From: Torpedo marmorata
Lineage: Eukaryota
Direction of reading: 5' to 3'
Assembly: GCA_977017645.1 (NCBI GenBank)
Contig: OZ360242.1
Span: forward strand, 23,188,001-23,252,000
DNA length: 64,000 bases
Part shown: positions 13,779 to 26,310 of the stretch, in pieces
Numbering within the stretch: position 1 is the stretch's first letter
Layout of the letters: each line of letters starts with the position of its first letter
Program-made: the position numbers and the translations under genes
Notes under the pieces: model-generated
Databases searched by the model: none
Told to the model about the DNA's origin: nothing
Seen by the model: only the letters and a program-made list of their open reading frames with translations

Positions 13779-14298
13779 CTGGAAAAAAAAACAGAACAAT
13801 GTGAGAAACCTACCCTTCAGTGGTCCTACTGTGCTTGATCTTAAAACCTAAAGGGAGTGCCTTTGTCCTTGTGTGTCACTCCACGGGAATGTAATGTTCT
13901 CTGTGTGAGTGTGTGGGTATCCCCATAGGCCTCTGATTTCCTCCCCCACAGCAGAAGACATGTGGTTTGTTGGGTTTATTGGCTGCTGTCATCTTCTCCT
14001 AATGTGTAGGCGAGTGGGAGAATTTGGAAGAACTTGATAAGAAAGTGGGAAGAATAATATATAATTGGTGAAAATGGGTGGTCAGCATAGAAGGGTTTGT
14101 TTCTATGCTGTTTGCCATCAAGCCAAGTGTCAACTTTGCTTCTCTCACCACAGATATTGTCTTAATTATTGAGTATTTTTATTTCTGATGTATCGATAAC
14201 CACTTAGAATGGAAACTTATGTGGAGGTAGCACTTTTCAGGGTGCGTCTCAGTACCCAAGATAATGAAATATAATTTAAACAGGCTGTCACTTAATTA

Positions 14299-14520
14299 CA
14301 GTACCATCCCCGTTATCCGGAATTCAAGTAACCGACAGCCTCAGGCAACCGGCAAAAAAAAAATCGTGGAAAATAAATAGGTAAAAAATATGAAAGTTTA
14401 AAATTGGCACCTCAAGTGGTTAGTTTGCCAATCCACACAACACACAATCTCAAGCAACTGGAAAATTCACTTATCCGGCATCTATCAATCCCCATAGGTG
14501 CCAGATACGGGGTTTTACTG
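14299..14520. mobile_element. Short MITE of the same Tigger-like family
   Basis: TA|cagtaccatccccgttatccgg...ccagatacggggttttactg; shares the caagcaaccgg repeats. Confidence 0.8.
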
Positions 14521-15099
14521 TGGTTCCTGTTAGCTAAAGTAATTTTAATTTCCAGTTGGCAATACAGGTACTTCAATTTTCCTTTCTTCGACAGCAAAAA
14601 AAATGTAAAATTCGATCAACCCAAAAGTTGTGTACACATTGAAGGTGATGGTCAATTTCTCCTTGAGGTGGCTCCTGAGGTACAGGATGAGATCCAAATT
14701 TTCCATGGACTCGTTGTGAATCTTCACTGTTAGAGGACAGCGTAGTATAGTAGGGGCAGGTTGGAAGATTGGCAGGTGAAATGAAGTGGTTCGGATGTCG
14801 TGGGGAATTAGCGGTCGGTGGCAAGAAAGGGATTAACCAGAGGGTAAAAGACAAAGGCAGGGAATAATAAACAAGCAATGTACATGGGGCGGAGTACTAC
14901 TAATGGAAGTGAAGGTAAATATAGGTTCCAGGCGAGAATATCACAACACAAAGGAAAGAGTAAAACGTTGTTTATACAGTTTACAAATAGGGGTAAAAAC
15001 ACAAAAGTGCTGGAGGAACTCAGCAGGTCTTGCAGCATCCATATATAACCAACGTTTCGGGCCGAGCCTTCTTCAAGATATTTTGTACTTTTCTACATA

Positions 15100-15592
15100 T
15101 AACATGGCGGCGCTGAGGCTGAAGGACCAGTGCATGCGACGGGCTGCTGGCGACTCGAGGCGAGGAACCCGCGGAGGCTGTGGGCTGCTGGAGACTGCTG
15201 TCGGGGGACTCACACCGGGCTGCGGACTGCTGGAGACTGGCTCGAACTGGCTGGAGGAGTACCAGGTATCGGAACTGGGAAGCGAGGGGGTGCCGAGGGC
15301 GACCTGACCGTGTTGGAGGTTCGGATCTGGAGCTCGGGATGCCGATCGTTTGGACTGGACTCTGTGTGGCTGCGGAAGCGCTGGAGGCGAATCTACGGAC
15401 ACTCGGTGACTCTGGGAGGACTCTGTTTTGCTTCTCTTTCTCTGACTGTAAGGAATGTTAGAGGCGCTTAGACAATTTCTGCCGGTGGCGAATCTGTCTG
15501 CCTTGCAGCAGGCAAAAAGAAATTTCATGGAATATGACACTGTCTTATTACTATGACAATAAATTGAATCTTGATCTTGATCTTGATCTTGA
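15100..15592 (+). mobile_element. CpG-rich non-coding retroposon with Rex1-type tail
   Basis: 3' end tctgtctgccttgcagcaggcaaaaagaaatttcatg...gacaataaattgaa(tcttga)4; GC-rich body; no recognisable ORF. Confidence 0.65.
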
Positions 15593-16432
15593 AGACAACG
15601 TTTGACTTATACATATTGAGTACAAGGCCGACTATCATGGGCTTCAGTGGACAAATCGATGACGGCTTGGAGCTCGATATCGGAGCATGACAAAAACAAG
15701 TTGCTGAGTGCGTACTGCCACTCGACCACTAAGGTTCAGGTGACCTTGGCCCAGCAGTGCAGTCACCGGAGGTTGAACAACTCATTACTTCTGAAAATGA
15801 GCTCAACTTCTGCAGGGCAATTGTTGGAAATGCAATGTTGTGGCAAGAATGATCGAGAAAACTGTCAGAGAAATGATGCAGCCTTGTCTGGTCCTGCTGT
15901 TGACCAACTAGCATCATACGCAATTCTAGCATGTCCTTCCTGTTGTTACATTTAATCATTTAATTAATTTTCAAATCCTTCGCAATTCTTTGCTTTGTGT
16001 ACTGAATGTAAAGAGGAGCTGGTCGAGTTGGAATGGGTCAGGATAAATGGATCTTACAAGTACTAACAGGCTGCACAATAGACTACTGACTGTTTAACAA
16101 AGAACATGCCAGTGGAAAAAATTGCATTGACATTAGAAATTATGATTTGGGTCATGAATTTTGCACAATGGAAGTAAAGGTCTGGAGGAGATATTATTGC
16201 CTGGAAATTAGATAGCACATCCCTGGCCTCCCAGTGCTGAGTGCAAATCAATTTAACTCAGAGTAAATGTTGTTTGCAACCATTTCCATGTCAAATCGTG
16301 CCTTTTGGGAATTGTGACTTCATGTTGTGTGATCCTAAAATGATTTTCATGAAAGGAATCCTGTGATGACGTTATTTGCTGTTCAACATTTCTTTAACAA
16401 AACCTCCGAGTAACTTGGATCACAGGGCGGAA

Positions 16433-16620
16433 TGCTGTTACAGCGCCAGCGACCGGGGTTCAAATCCGGCGCTGTCTGTAAGGAGTTTGTACATTCTCCC
16501 CGTGCCTGCGTGGGTTTCCTCCGGGTGCTCCGGTTTCCACCCACCCTTCAAAATCGTACCGGGGTTGTAGGTCAATGGGTGTAATTGGGCAGCACGGGCT
16601 CGTGGGATGAAAGGGTCTGT
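16433..16620 (+). mobile_element. V-SINE, truncated
   Basis: B box ggttcaaatcc and V core. Confidence 0.85.
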
Positions 16621-17539
16621 TGGTCTAAGAATAAAAGTGCACTGGGAGCACCTGTTATTGGGCATTCCAAAGACAACAATTATTTTTTAAACCAAAGCAG
16701 CACCGACCCTCCACCTTACCCCTGCACTAAAACAAACCCCAACAACCACTCTCTAGCTTGATCCACATTTACAGCCCTGAACCACAAATCCACCAATCTT
16801 ATAATCCCTTGATCCTCACTGCATTTGACCCTCTCCCCACATCTTCACATTAACCTTCCCTCTTGACTGGTATCATGGAGGCTGGTGTGTTCTAGCTGGT
16901 GTATTCAAGCAGGGGACTGATCCTGACCCAACCACTAACCCTTGTTCCCCTACCAATAGCACAGCCACCAGTTCAATGCATCCCCCTCCCGGCCCCTGCC
17001 ACACCACTCATGCGCTTGTCTGACCTGGCCTCAGATCAGAAGATCTGGTTTGATTACTTTTGTCATTGACCTCCTCAAGAAAACCTGTATGGAACCCCAA
17101 TGAGATTAGGCAAGTCCCAAAGCTCTGTCATCTCCCTACTGGCCACAGAGCTCACAATGAGGCAACACATTTACAAGTAAGTGCGCAACTAAGGTCTCAG
17201 ACCCAACTCAGTTGTGAGGTGGTGGGAATAAAGAAAAATGGTCCTTTTTTTTTTTACTGCACCTGCACCTTTCTGGCCCATCCCTTTAGGTGCACAAGGA
17301 CATCCAGGCAGATTTCTGCAGCTGGGGAAAAAAGTGAATAGAGTGAAGGACAGGCTTTTGATTTACTATTCACTGGTCCTTGATACTGTCCAAGACACCC
17401 TTAAACCTCTCACTCAACATAATTAAGCTGTGCCGTATCCACAGCAGGCATTGTGTCACAGTTAGTACTTGACACAAATGAGGGTCTAAATTTGACATTT
17501 TTTGTACTTACTGCAATCAACATTAATTAGAGGAGGATT

Positions 17540-18040
17540 TGAGTTGTGTTGCCTTGGTGAGACCATAGTTGGCATATTGTGTTCAGATCTAGTCTCTCTA
17601 TCACAAGGGTGGGTAGACGTGATAAAAAGAGTGCTAACGTTCATCAGATTAATTCCTGGGGACAGTTATTTTACTGCACGAGGAAAGATTAAACTCTCGA
17701 GGTTAGAAGAATGAGAGGTGAACTTATTCAGCATACAAAATTCTAGTGTCGTTTGAAGGGGTAGATGTGGAACTGATGCTTATCATGGATGGGTTGTCTA
17801 GAATCAGGGGTCATATTCTCTAAATAAAGGCATTCAGGACAGACATAAGGATAGACATGAAACTTCATCACCAGAGGCCTGTGGAGACTCAGCTGCTCAG
17901 AATATTCAAGGCAGATCAAAAGATGGGAATAATGCAGGAAAGTGGCTCGAAGGTAAAATATCAGCCATAATCGTATTGAATGACAGAATACGTGAGAGGG
18001 ACCAAACAGTCTACCCTTGCTTCCATTTCTTATCTTAGCA
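17540..18040 (+). mobile_element. Highly decayed CR1 3' fragment
   Basis: cttggtgagaccata...gttcag; agaagaatgagaggtga; 3' UTR-like tcagccataatcgtattgaatg. Confidence 0.6.
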
Positions 18041-18180
18041 TTTGACAAGTGTTTGAATCACAATGTCGAAGTGAGAAATGACCACTGCAGTCCAGGAATA
18101 ACAAGATCACAATGAAGATGAAAATACACACAACTGAGAGAAAATAAACATTCATGGGAAAATTCTGATATGAGCCTTAC

Positions 18181-18244
18181 CGGCCATTTGGTGATGTCAT
18201 CAGGCCAGACATGAGGAGAAACAGAGCCTGGTTCAACACAAACC
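18181..18244 (-). CDS. RHBDF1: iRhom1 coding exon (64 nt): VCVEPGSVSPHVWPDDITKWP
   Basis: Acceptor ttcttcag, donor CCG|gtaagg; WPDDITKWP motif. Confidence 0.95.
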
Positions 18245-19550
18245 CTGAAGAAAGAAGAGAGGAGGGAAGCAAGAGCATTAAAGTACACAGTAAGAACACC
18301 AATAATGCACTTCCAGTGCAATGTTACATTGGTGTGCATCAGGAACTCAGCCTTTTCACAAAGTGATAAACTGTCAAATGCCTCATTCCCATCTCAGAGA
18401 AACAAAACATCCTTACTACCATTTAATGATTTTGTAACACAATGCCTCTTCTTTTGAGATAGTAGTGTGTTCCAGTGACTGAGGGCAGCTTAAACAGGGA
18501 GTTATCCTCGAGGATCCTAGTGCATTGAGTTAATGCCAAGTTCTCAGATCCTTAAATAATATATTGCCATCAATGGATATGAGCTGTAAAGTGCAGCATG
18601 CTTGGAAGTCAATTTGAACAAATTATTTTCCAAGAATGCGATAAACACCACAGAACCTTGCATTGATGGAGCTTAGTCGAAAGGAATTAATACATTTTTG
18701 AGACGTTCTAAAATTGGACAAAATAAACTACAGTATCCAGAGAGAAAACAATTTAAAGATGTGGATAAGGTATGGTGGGACTGGGGAGAGGCCCAGGGAA
18801 TGGCAGTGGACATGCCAGGGTCCCAGCTATGCTGGGTCTCTGGTGTCTCCTGATCTTCAGATTTGACTTTGAAGCAACGTGCCATCTTTTAGATGTCATT
18901 TATCACCTCAGCAGCAGAACCAGAGATTCGCAGAACCAGGTTACGTCGACCTGCGTTGGGATTCAGTACATCTCCCAAGGAGAGTGCGTAGAGTTGTGTA
19001 TGGACTCTGAGGCCCCAGGAGGGTTAAAGTGTGATATGGTTGAAAGTATAGAAACCACCAGACCTCCAAAGCAATGGCATTATTGAGTGTAGTCAGAAAG
19101 TCACTGCTAAGGAAATCAGTGCCACCAATGACCAAAACCTCCCTGAAACAGAAAAATGCTAGCATTGAGTTTTACAATTCTTTCTTTCTCAGCTGACATC
19201 GTTCTCTGCTACTGATCTTCTATCCAACCAAGTGCCTGGACCATGAATGCTGGTGGGCTAGTACATCAGGGGAGTTAGATCACAATTCACCAAGGTTCTC
19301 AGGTCAGTAATTGAACGCAAATAGCAGACTGGAGCCTTAACCCTAATTATCCTTGCTTTCCTGAGTCACAGCGAGAACGATTGTATTGTCCTGAGTGTTA
19401 ATTGGGTAGGATCAATTAACTCAATGCAGCGTGGGGATCACAACTGTGACTTTTATGGTTTTGTTGCACACTCCTTCAGTATTACGAAAGCCTCTGTACT
19501 GATGCCGCTCAGCAGTATTTTCTCAGAGGTTAAGAACACAATGCAATTAC

Positions 19551-19651
19551 CTCGGATCCTGATGGCACACTGAACCGTGATGGCGTAGGGTTCCATCACC
19601 CAGGGTTGGAGGGTTGTGTTGCGGCCACTTTACCCACTCGGCAAGTGTTGA
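19551..19651 (-). CDS. RHBDF1: iRhom1 coding exon (101 nt): [33 protein letters not shown](R)
   Basis: Translated by hand; acceptor ttcttccag, donor AG|gtaatt. Confidence 0.95.
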
Positions 19652-20180
19652 CTGGAAGAAACAATACATTCCGTTAGATCTGTGTCTTGTAGCGAACCAA
19701 AGCACTAACAGGGTTGTTGGGAGAGTGCTGCCTCCATTATGATTTGATCATATTGACTTCAGAAACAACCTCATCCAAATAGTTCCTTCTTGGTGCCATC
19801 CTCTGTCCTTGGCTGAGAGTTTCTTTGGAGCTGCCATTCCTCCACCAACATGCATCTGACGCAGAAACCAATTTCAGCTGCAAGTTTGGTCAAGTCTGGG
19901 TGGTGGAATTGGGGCAACTCCTGGCGGGGGCAGTGGGAGGAGTGGGGGAATTCTCAGGTTATGCTTTCTTTCACTCTCTCCTCACAAAGCCTCGGGCTCA
20001 GGTAAAGGTAAAGAGAGCCCAGAGCAAACTCGGACAAAAGGCCAAACACTTTCTAATAGGTTACAGATGATTGTGCAAGTAGATAATAAATAAGACTGCA
20101 ACATGAAGAAAAATAAAATGTGCATACCCAGTTTGAGAAAAATTATTTTCTCTCCTTCCCCCATTAAGAGAGTAGAACAG

Positions 20181-21265
20181 GATTTCAGATTTCAGATTTA
20201 TTGTCAGAATACATGACATCACATACAACCCTGAGATTCCTTTTTTCCTGCGGGCGCGGCAGAATTACCACTAATTGGTAGTGTGGAAAAAAACTGTACA
20301 CAGCATAAACATGTAAACAAAAGAACTGTAAACAGATAACGAATGTAAACAAACTGACTGTGCAATACAGGGAGAGCAAAGAAAATCAATAAAGTGCACA
20401 AGAGATGGCATGCTGAATTGCGTTCATGTATACCACTTGAAAAAATTACTTATAATTTGCGTGATAAATATTATTTCTTTTTGAAAATATGGAGCCCATA
20501 TATAAAAACTGTCGGTTTAAGAATTTTAGGATCTCCACATACTGGATCTGACTGGCGAACCTGTGTTCCACTATAAAATTAGGTTATAGTAGTTTTGTTT
20601 AGAGTGACATTCTCCTTACTTTATCTTTTTCTTCCTTCTTTCTTTTTTTCGGGAGGGTTAGGGAAGGGGGGGGAGGGTGAAAATGTATCACATGTAATCG
20701 GATAATTTTGCATTTTAAACTATGTACTGTGTGATTTAAAATCTTTTAAATAAAATATTTTTAAAAAAAATAAAGTGCACAAGTAGTGCACTTAAATGAG
20801 TCCTTAAATGAGTCTCTGATTGACTTTGTTGTTGAGGATTCTGATGGTAGAGGGGTAGCAGCTGTTCCTGAACCTGGTGGGACGAGTCTTGTGGCACCTA
20901 TACCTCTTTCCTGATGGCAGCAGCGAGAACAGAGCGTGTGCTGGGTGGTGAGGGTCTTTGATGATTGCTGCTGCCGTCCAACGGCAGCGTTCCCTGTAGA
21001 TGTACTCAATAGTGGGGAGGGTTTTGCCTGTAATGTCCTGGGCTGTGTCCACTACCTTTTGGAGGGCTTTACGCTCAGGGGTATTGGTGTTCCCATACCA
21101 GACCATGATGCGGTCGGTCAGCACACTTTCCACCACACATCTGTAGAAATTTGCCAGGGTTTCTGATGTCATACCAAACCTCCGCAAACTCCTGAGGAAG
21201 TAGAGGCGCTGACGTGCTTTCTTCACATTGCCATTGGTGTGTTGGGTCCAGGAAAGATCCTCTGA
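20181..21265 (-). mobile_element. Rex1/Babar-type LINE 3' fragment, interrupted by an L1
   Basis: ORF 20804..21226 (KKARQRLYFLRSLR...LLPSGKRYR); tail gacaataaa(tctgaaa)n. Confidence 0.85.
20403..20768 (+). mobile_element. 5'-truncated L1 of the same family with 15-bp TSD
   Basis: RWHAELRSCIPLEKITYNLRDKY matches the 25495 copy; A-tail; TSD aataaagtgcacaag at 20388-20402 and 20769-20783. Confidence 0.9.
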
Positions 21266-21999
21266 GTATCATCTGGCTGTGCTGTTTGAAACACCCACCA
21301 GTTTAGATACATAACCCTGACCACTTATTACCCAGATGAATAGAAGTACTCAGGTGCACTGTCTGGGTTACACAGCCCATTTGTGCCTGACAACAATCCA
21401 CATTACCCCCTCTATGAGCCATTGTTAGGGGTATATATGAGGACAGTGATTGCACACATACTCCTTTCCTTGCTAAGGGAATTACATTCCTAGAGCAACA
21501 TCACCTACAGCTCATTAACAAATATGAAACTAAGATTATGAATCCACAAATTGAACACCTTTACCTGAACATATTGCTCTGTAACTTAAACATTGAGCCA
21601 ATCTTAGTATTAATTGACATGACTAATAAATGTGAATTAGGTGAAGGCAATCTCTTCTACAAATGACAATATTTACTGTATAAAAGTTCATGATACCATC
21701 TTAACCTTCCCAGAGAACATTCATCCCCAGTTTCAGATTTCAAAGGACTGCATATTCAGCAGAGTGAACTCTTACATTGAAACACTGTGCAATTATTTGA
21801 TGACCATTGTTCGGAGAGTCTCAGGATCCTTGCTGGGCTGTGGTTGTGAGAGTAGATTTTCATGCATCTCACTGGTAGAATTTATATTGGCCTTTTTCAG
21901 ATAGAACTCAACTACCACATTAACTATCAAAGCAGCACCTGTATCCCTTCTTACCCTTGTGCTTTAATAAACATTCTTTTCCAGAAAACATTCACCTAC

Positions 22000-22161
22000 C
22001 GAGCAATCTTTCTCTGAGGTTTGAACGCACCCTGACTTGTCGTTTCGTACACAGCAGGCGGACTTATTTTCCTCTTGTCTCTTCTGGGTGATTAAATCGT
22101 GCACTTGTGAGTCCTGCCTCATACAGGGAGAGAACTTTGCTCCAAGGTGGATTAAAGCCTC
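22000..22161 (-). CDS. RHBDF1: iRhom1 coding exon (162 nt): [17 protein letters not shown]...[21 protein letters not shown]
   Basis: Acceptor gttacag, donor TCG|gtaggt; iRhom homology domain cysteines. Confidence 0.96.
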
Positions 22162-23562
22162 CTGTAACAGGAATAACATGTGATAAATGAATCTTAATTT
22201 GGTATAAAGAAAAATATCTCTTGAAGGGTTGTCGTGCTCCAGCAGTCGTTTCCACCTTCTTCCTCCCTGACCCCATCTACTGATTTTATTCTCCTCTTTG
22301 ATTGCTTCCACCTATCACCCATCTGACCCTACTGCCCAGCTCCTGCACCTTCTATAGTCTCCTTTCACCCCTCCTTGGTCCACCACTCACCTACCAACCC
22401 CTGTCTCACCGCTCCTCTTTTTATTGGCTATCCTCCCTCTCCACCCTCAGTCCTAACGTAGGTTCATTTTGTTGAGTCCCTCCAGCAGTTTGTTTGTTTT
22501 TTCAAGAGGGGTTTACCAGCATGGAAATCTGGAGCAGCAATTTAAATCAAGCCTCACCATGCTTGGGAGGAAATCCGCAGCATCCCACGAACTTCACAGG
22601 CATACAATCCTCAACATTTATTTATTAAGGGATTTACTTTACAAACCAGAAGTGGACAACAGTGTTTGTGTATGGTGATAAATGCACAGATGAACAGAGT
22701 ATTAAGGTTACTTTCCAAAAACTGCTTAAATTATGAGGAAAGATTGGGAGGGGTCTTTATTTCTCAGGATAGTGGTGGACGATGGGAGATCACCGTGGTG
22801 TAGATCTTGCAGGAGCTGAGTCCAGAGTTATCTTCCGGGGTTGAACCTAATTCCATTGCAGAATTCATTCCTCACAGGGAGTTTGTTGGTTTGAAAGCAG
22901 GATATCACTGTTGTTTAAAAAGCAAGGCTATCTGAAAAGATGCCCCCAAGTCTGTCTAAACTCGCACGTCCATCAAATTTGGCCTCTGCATTCAGAGATG
23001 GAATGCAAAATGATGCTTCTTTTCTCACAATCAAAATTCAAGAGCTCTTTTTCCTTCAGGCTCTTTCTTGTAGAACTATTTAGATGAATCTCTTCCTCAT
23101 AATTCAATGTCCAGGTGAAAATGTTATTCTCGGTTACTTCAAGGGCAACCTGTCACTAAAACAGAGTCTGAATGTCGCCAAAACGCAAAGTCCTTGACTA
23201 CATCAGTGCAACCAATCGAACAGTGGAGGCCCTATGCATTCCCCTCAGTTACATAAAATATGAAGTACAAGATCTGCTTCAAATAACAGAACTGTATGTT
23301 TAAATATAAGCTCTTGCATTTTGAGCAAGTTATAATTCTTAATACACGAGTCTTGGAAGGACGGTTTGTTTATTTAAGAGAAGCTGCATTTCCTAGCTAA
23401 TCTTGTCATAGTTCAGAAAATTCAAGGACAGACATCATAATATAAAATGAACATTAACCTAAAACACAAGCTTATTTTTCCCATTATTAAACAAGTCTGT
23501 GATTTCAACCATCCTTACAGAAGTCAAATTAAAAGCTCCAAGCAGAATTCAAACTCACTCAC

Positions 23563-23637
23563 AGAGTTTGGTCCAATCCAGAAATTTTCTTGCTGCACAA
23601 ATTTTACATTTTCATAGACACCTTTATTTCTTAAAAT
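23563..23637 (-). CDS. RHBDF1: iRhom1 coding exon (75 nt): [25 protein letters not shown]
   Basis: Translated by hand; acceptor ttctccag, donor TCT|gtgagt. Confidence 0.95.
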
Positions 23638-24125
23638 CTGGAGAAAGCAAAATGAAAATTTTGATTTTCACAATAAAAACATGAAGCAAAGCCAGTCTAA
23701 TGTAAAAATACAAACAGAACCAACAGTGACAAAATACAGCTGAACGTTGTCAGAGGTAGCTCTGCTCCAGAGTGAGTTGGGAGAGAGAGCAGGGTCTACC
23801 ACCTTCCCACCAGTGAGAAGGATCCACCAGAATAAGCCGAGAAGACATGCTGGTGCTCCAGTACCAGAGAATATCAAAGGCACCAGGAAAACCCTGAAGT
23901 TCCTTTTCACCTCGAACTTTGAAATGAACCAAAGCCTGAGGTGAAGGTTGCAATGAGAGGTGGGCTGCTTTGACATGGATTGTTACCACAATTTATACCC
24001 TAACTCCTGGGAAATGGAATCAAGTGTACTTCTGGATCTTGAAACCACCCCAGATTTGTACCAAGCATGGAGAGACACTGGGGTGAGGTTGGAGTATGTC
24101 ACCGGAGACTATTCACTATTTGGTA

Positions 24126-24637
24126 TGTCATTATTCGGTATGTCACCAAAGACTCTCGTAAACTTCTACAGGTGTACCGTGGAGAGCATTCTGGCTGGTT
24201 GCATCACTGTCTGGTATGGAGGCGCCAACTCTCAGGACAAGAATAAACTCCAGAGGGTTGTTAACTCGGCCTGTGACATCACAGGCACCAGACTTCACTC
24301 CATCGAGGACATCTACATGAGGTGGTGTCTCAAAAAAGCAGCCTCTATCCTCAAAGACCCCCACCACCCAGGCCATGCCCTCTTCACTCTGCTACCATCG
24401 GGAAAAAGGTACAGGAGCCTAAAGACGAGCACTCAACGGCACAAGGACAGCTTCTTCCCCGCTGCCATCAGATTCCTGAATAATCAATGAAACAAAGACA
24501 CTGCCTTACTTTTCGTGCACTATTTTTTTTTATATAGTAATGTTGTAAGATGGTTATAATATGAATGTTTGCACTATGATGCTGCCTCAAAACACCGAAT
24601 TTTATGACTTGTTCATGACAATAAATTCTGATTCTGA
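24126..24637 (+). mobile_element. Rex1/Babar-type LINE 3' fragment
   Basis: FYRCTVESILAGCITVWYG...DPHHPGHALFTLLPSGKRYR; tail gacaataaattctgattctga. Confidence 0.85.
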
Positions 24638-24741
24638 GTTGGAGGGTTCTGTCTCTCCCAATTCTGAGCTTAACTTTGATTTTATGTTGCTAAATTATTC
24701 AACAGAGAACAAGATTCTTTGGTTGTTGATCAAATACTCAC

Positions 24742-24853
24742 TGAATCTACAGTTTCATGTTGAGAAAATCCTATTGGAGCAATTCCATAGATACACACCG
24801 CGAGTATAGTGATCAGTATATGCACAAATGTAATCCAGTATGTGAAAAATGGC
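24742..24853 (-). CDS. RHBDF1: iRhom1 coding exon (112 nt), first TM helix: [37 protein letters not shown]
   Basis: Translated by hand; acceptor ttcccttag, donor TCA|gtgagt. Confidence 0.96.
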
Positions 24854-25494
24854 CTAAGGGAAAAGGAAGCAACCGTTAGTGAATAAACGCATTGGTGTGA
24901 AGCAGTTGTCTAAACATTTAACATTGCAGCTAATATGCAATTTAGCTTCTCATCAAATTAAAACAAGACAAGGATGCTGGCAAGCATGGGGGACCATCGG
25001 GAAATCTGGTGGATCTTGAGAGTTTAATGGCAGGGACTCAATCCAAATGTTTGCTTATGTTTCCCATCTGACAGTGTTGAAATCACCAAACCAACTGAGA
25101 GGGATCGAGAGATTGGAGCTTCAGCAGTGTGCTATAGAAAGGTATCATTCTTGGAGACTTAAAACTCTTTGGCATGGAGGTGAGCTATTTTGATAATATG
25201 TTGATGAATAATAAAATAGAACTGAGTTGAAGGCATTATAAATTCTAGATATGTTTTGATCCCATATTCAGTCATGTTGGATGGCAGGATGGGGAAATCC
25301 TGTGCATGGACAATCAATTCTGAAGGACATAATGTCTTCAAGGGAAGAAATATGAAAAAAGAGAAAGCTGCCAAACAGAGGGAATAAGAGTAGAAAAATG
25401 AAACAGCATTTTGCCAAACCCTTTACTTATCCATATTTATATTTGCACCCAGTGGCGCAAGGATACCTTCTTCCCCTCTGCCATCAGATTTCTT

Positions 25495-26208
25495 TTTTTA
25501 AAAAATATTTTATTTAAAATTTTTAAATCACACAGTACACTGTATAAAATGCAAAATTATCAAAATACATGTGATACATTTTCTCCCTCCCACCCCTCCC
25601 TAACCCTCCCACCCCTACTAATCTAATAAAATAGAAAAGAAAGAAAGAAAAAGATAAAATAAGGAGAATGTCAATCTTAAAAAAAGAAAAACAACTACTT
25701 TTCTTGTGGAACATAGGTTCACCAGCCCGATCTGATATCCAGAGAAGTTCAAATCCTTAAACCAACCATTTTTGTATATGGGCTCCATACTTTCAAAAAG
25801 AAATGATATTTATTACGTAAATTATAAGTAATTTTTTCAAGTGATATACATGAACGAAGTTCTGCATGCCATCTTTCTAACCCTAAATCTACATCTGATT
25901 TCCATGTAATAGCAATGCATTTCTTAGAAATAGCTAAAGCAATTCGCAAAAATTCTACTTGATACATATTTAATTTCATCTTAGTACTAATTCTTTTAAC
26001 ATCTCCAAACAAAAATATCATAGGGTCCATTGGGAGTATAATTCTTAATACTTTATCTAAAAATATTTTAACTTTCAACCAAAAATCATATATCTTTGGA
26101 CAAAACCATGTAGAATGTACAAAAGAACCTTCCTCTCTATTACATCTAAAACATAAGCCGGATAATGTCGGATTAAATTTCTTTAATTTTTTAGGTGTTA
26201 AATATAAT
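25495..26208 (-). mobile_element. 5'-truncated L1-clade LINE (ORF2 C-terminus, 3' UTR, A-rich tail) with 16-bp TSD
   Basis: CFRC...H..WFCP zinc knuckle upstream of ORF 25749..26078; TSD tgccatcagatttctt at 25479-25494 and 26209-26224. Confidence 0.9.
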
Positions 26209-26310
26209 TGCCATCAGATTTCTTAATGGACAATGAACCACAGACACTAATTCACTTTATCCTAGTTTCTTGCACTATTTATTTATTTTGAAATGTAATT
26301 TATAGCAATA

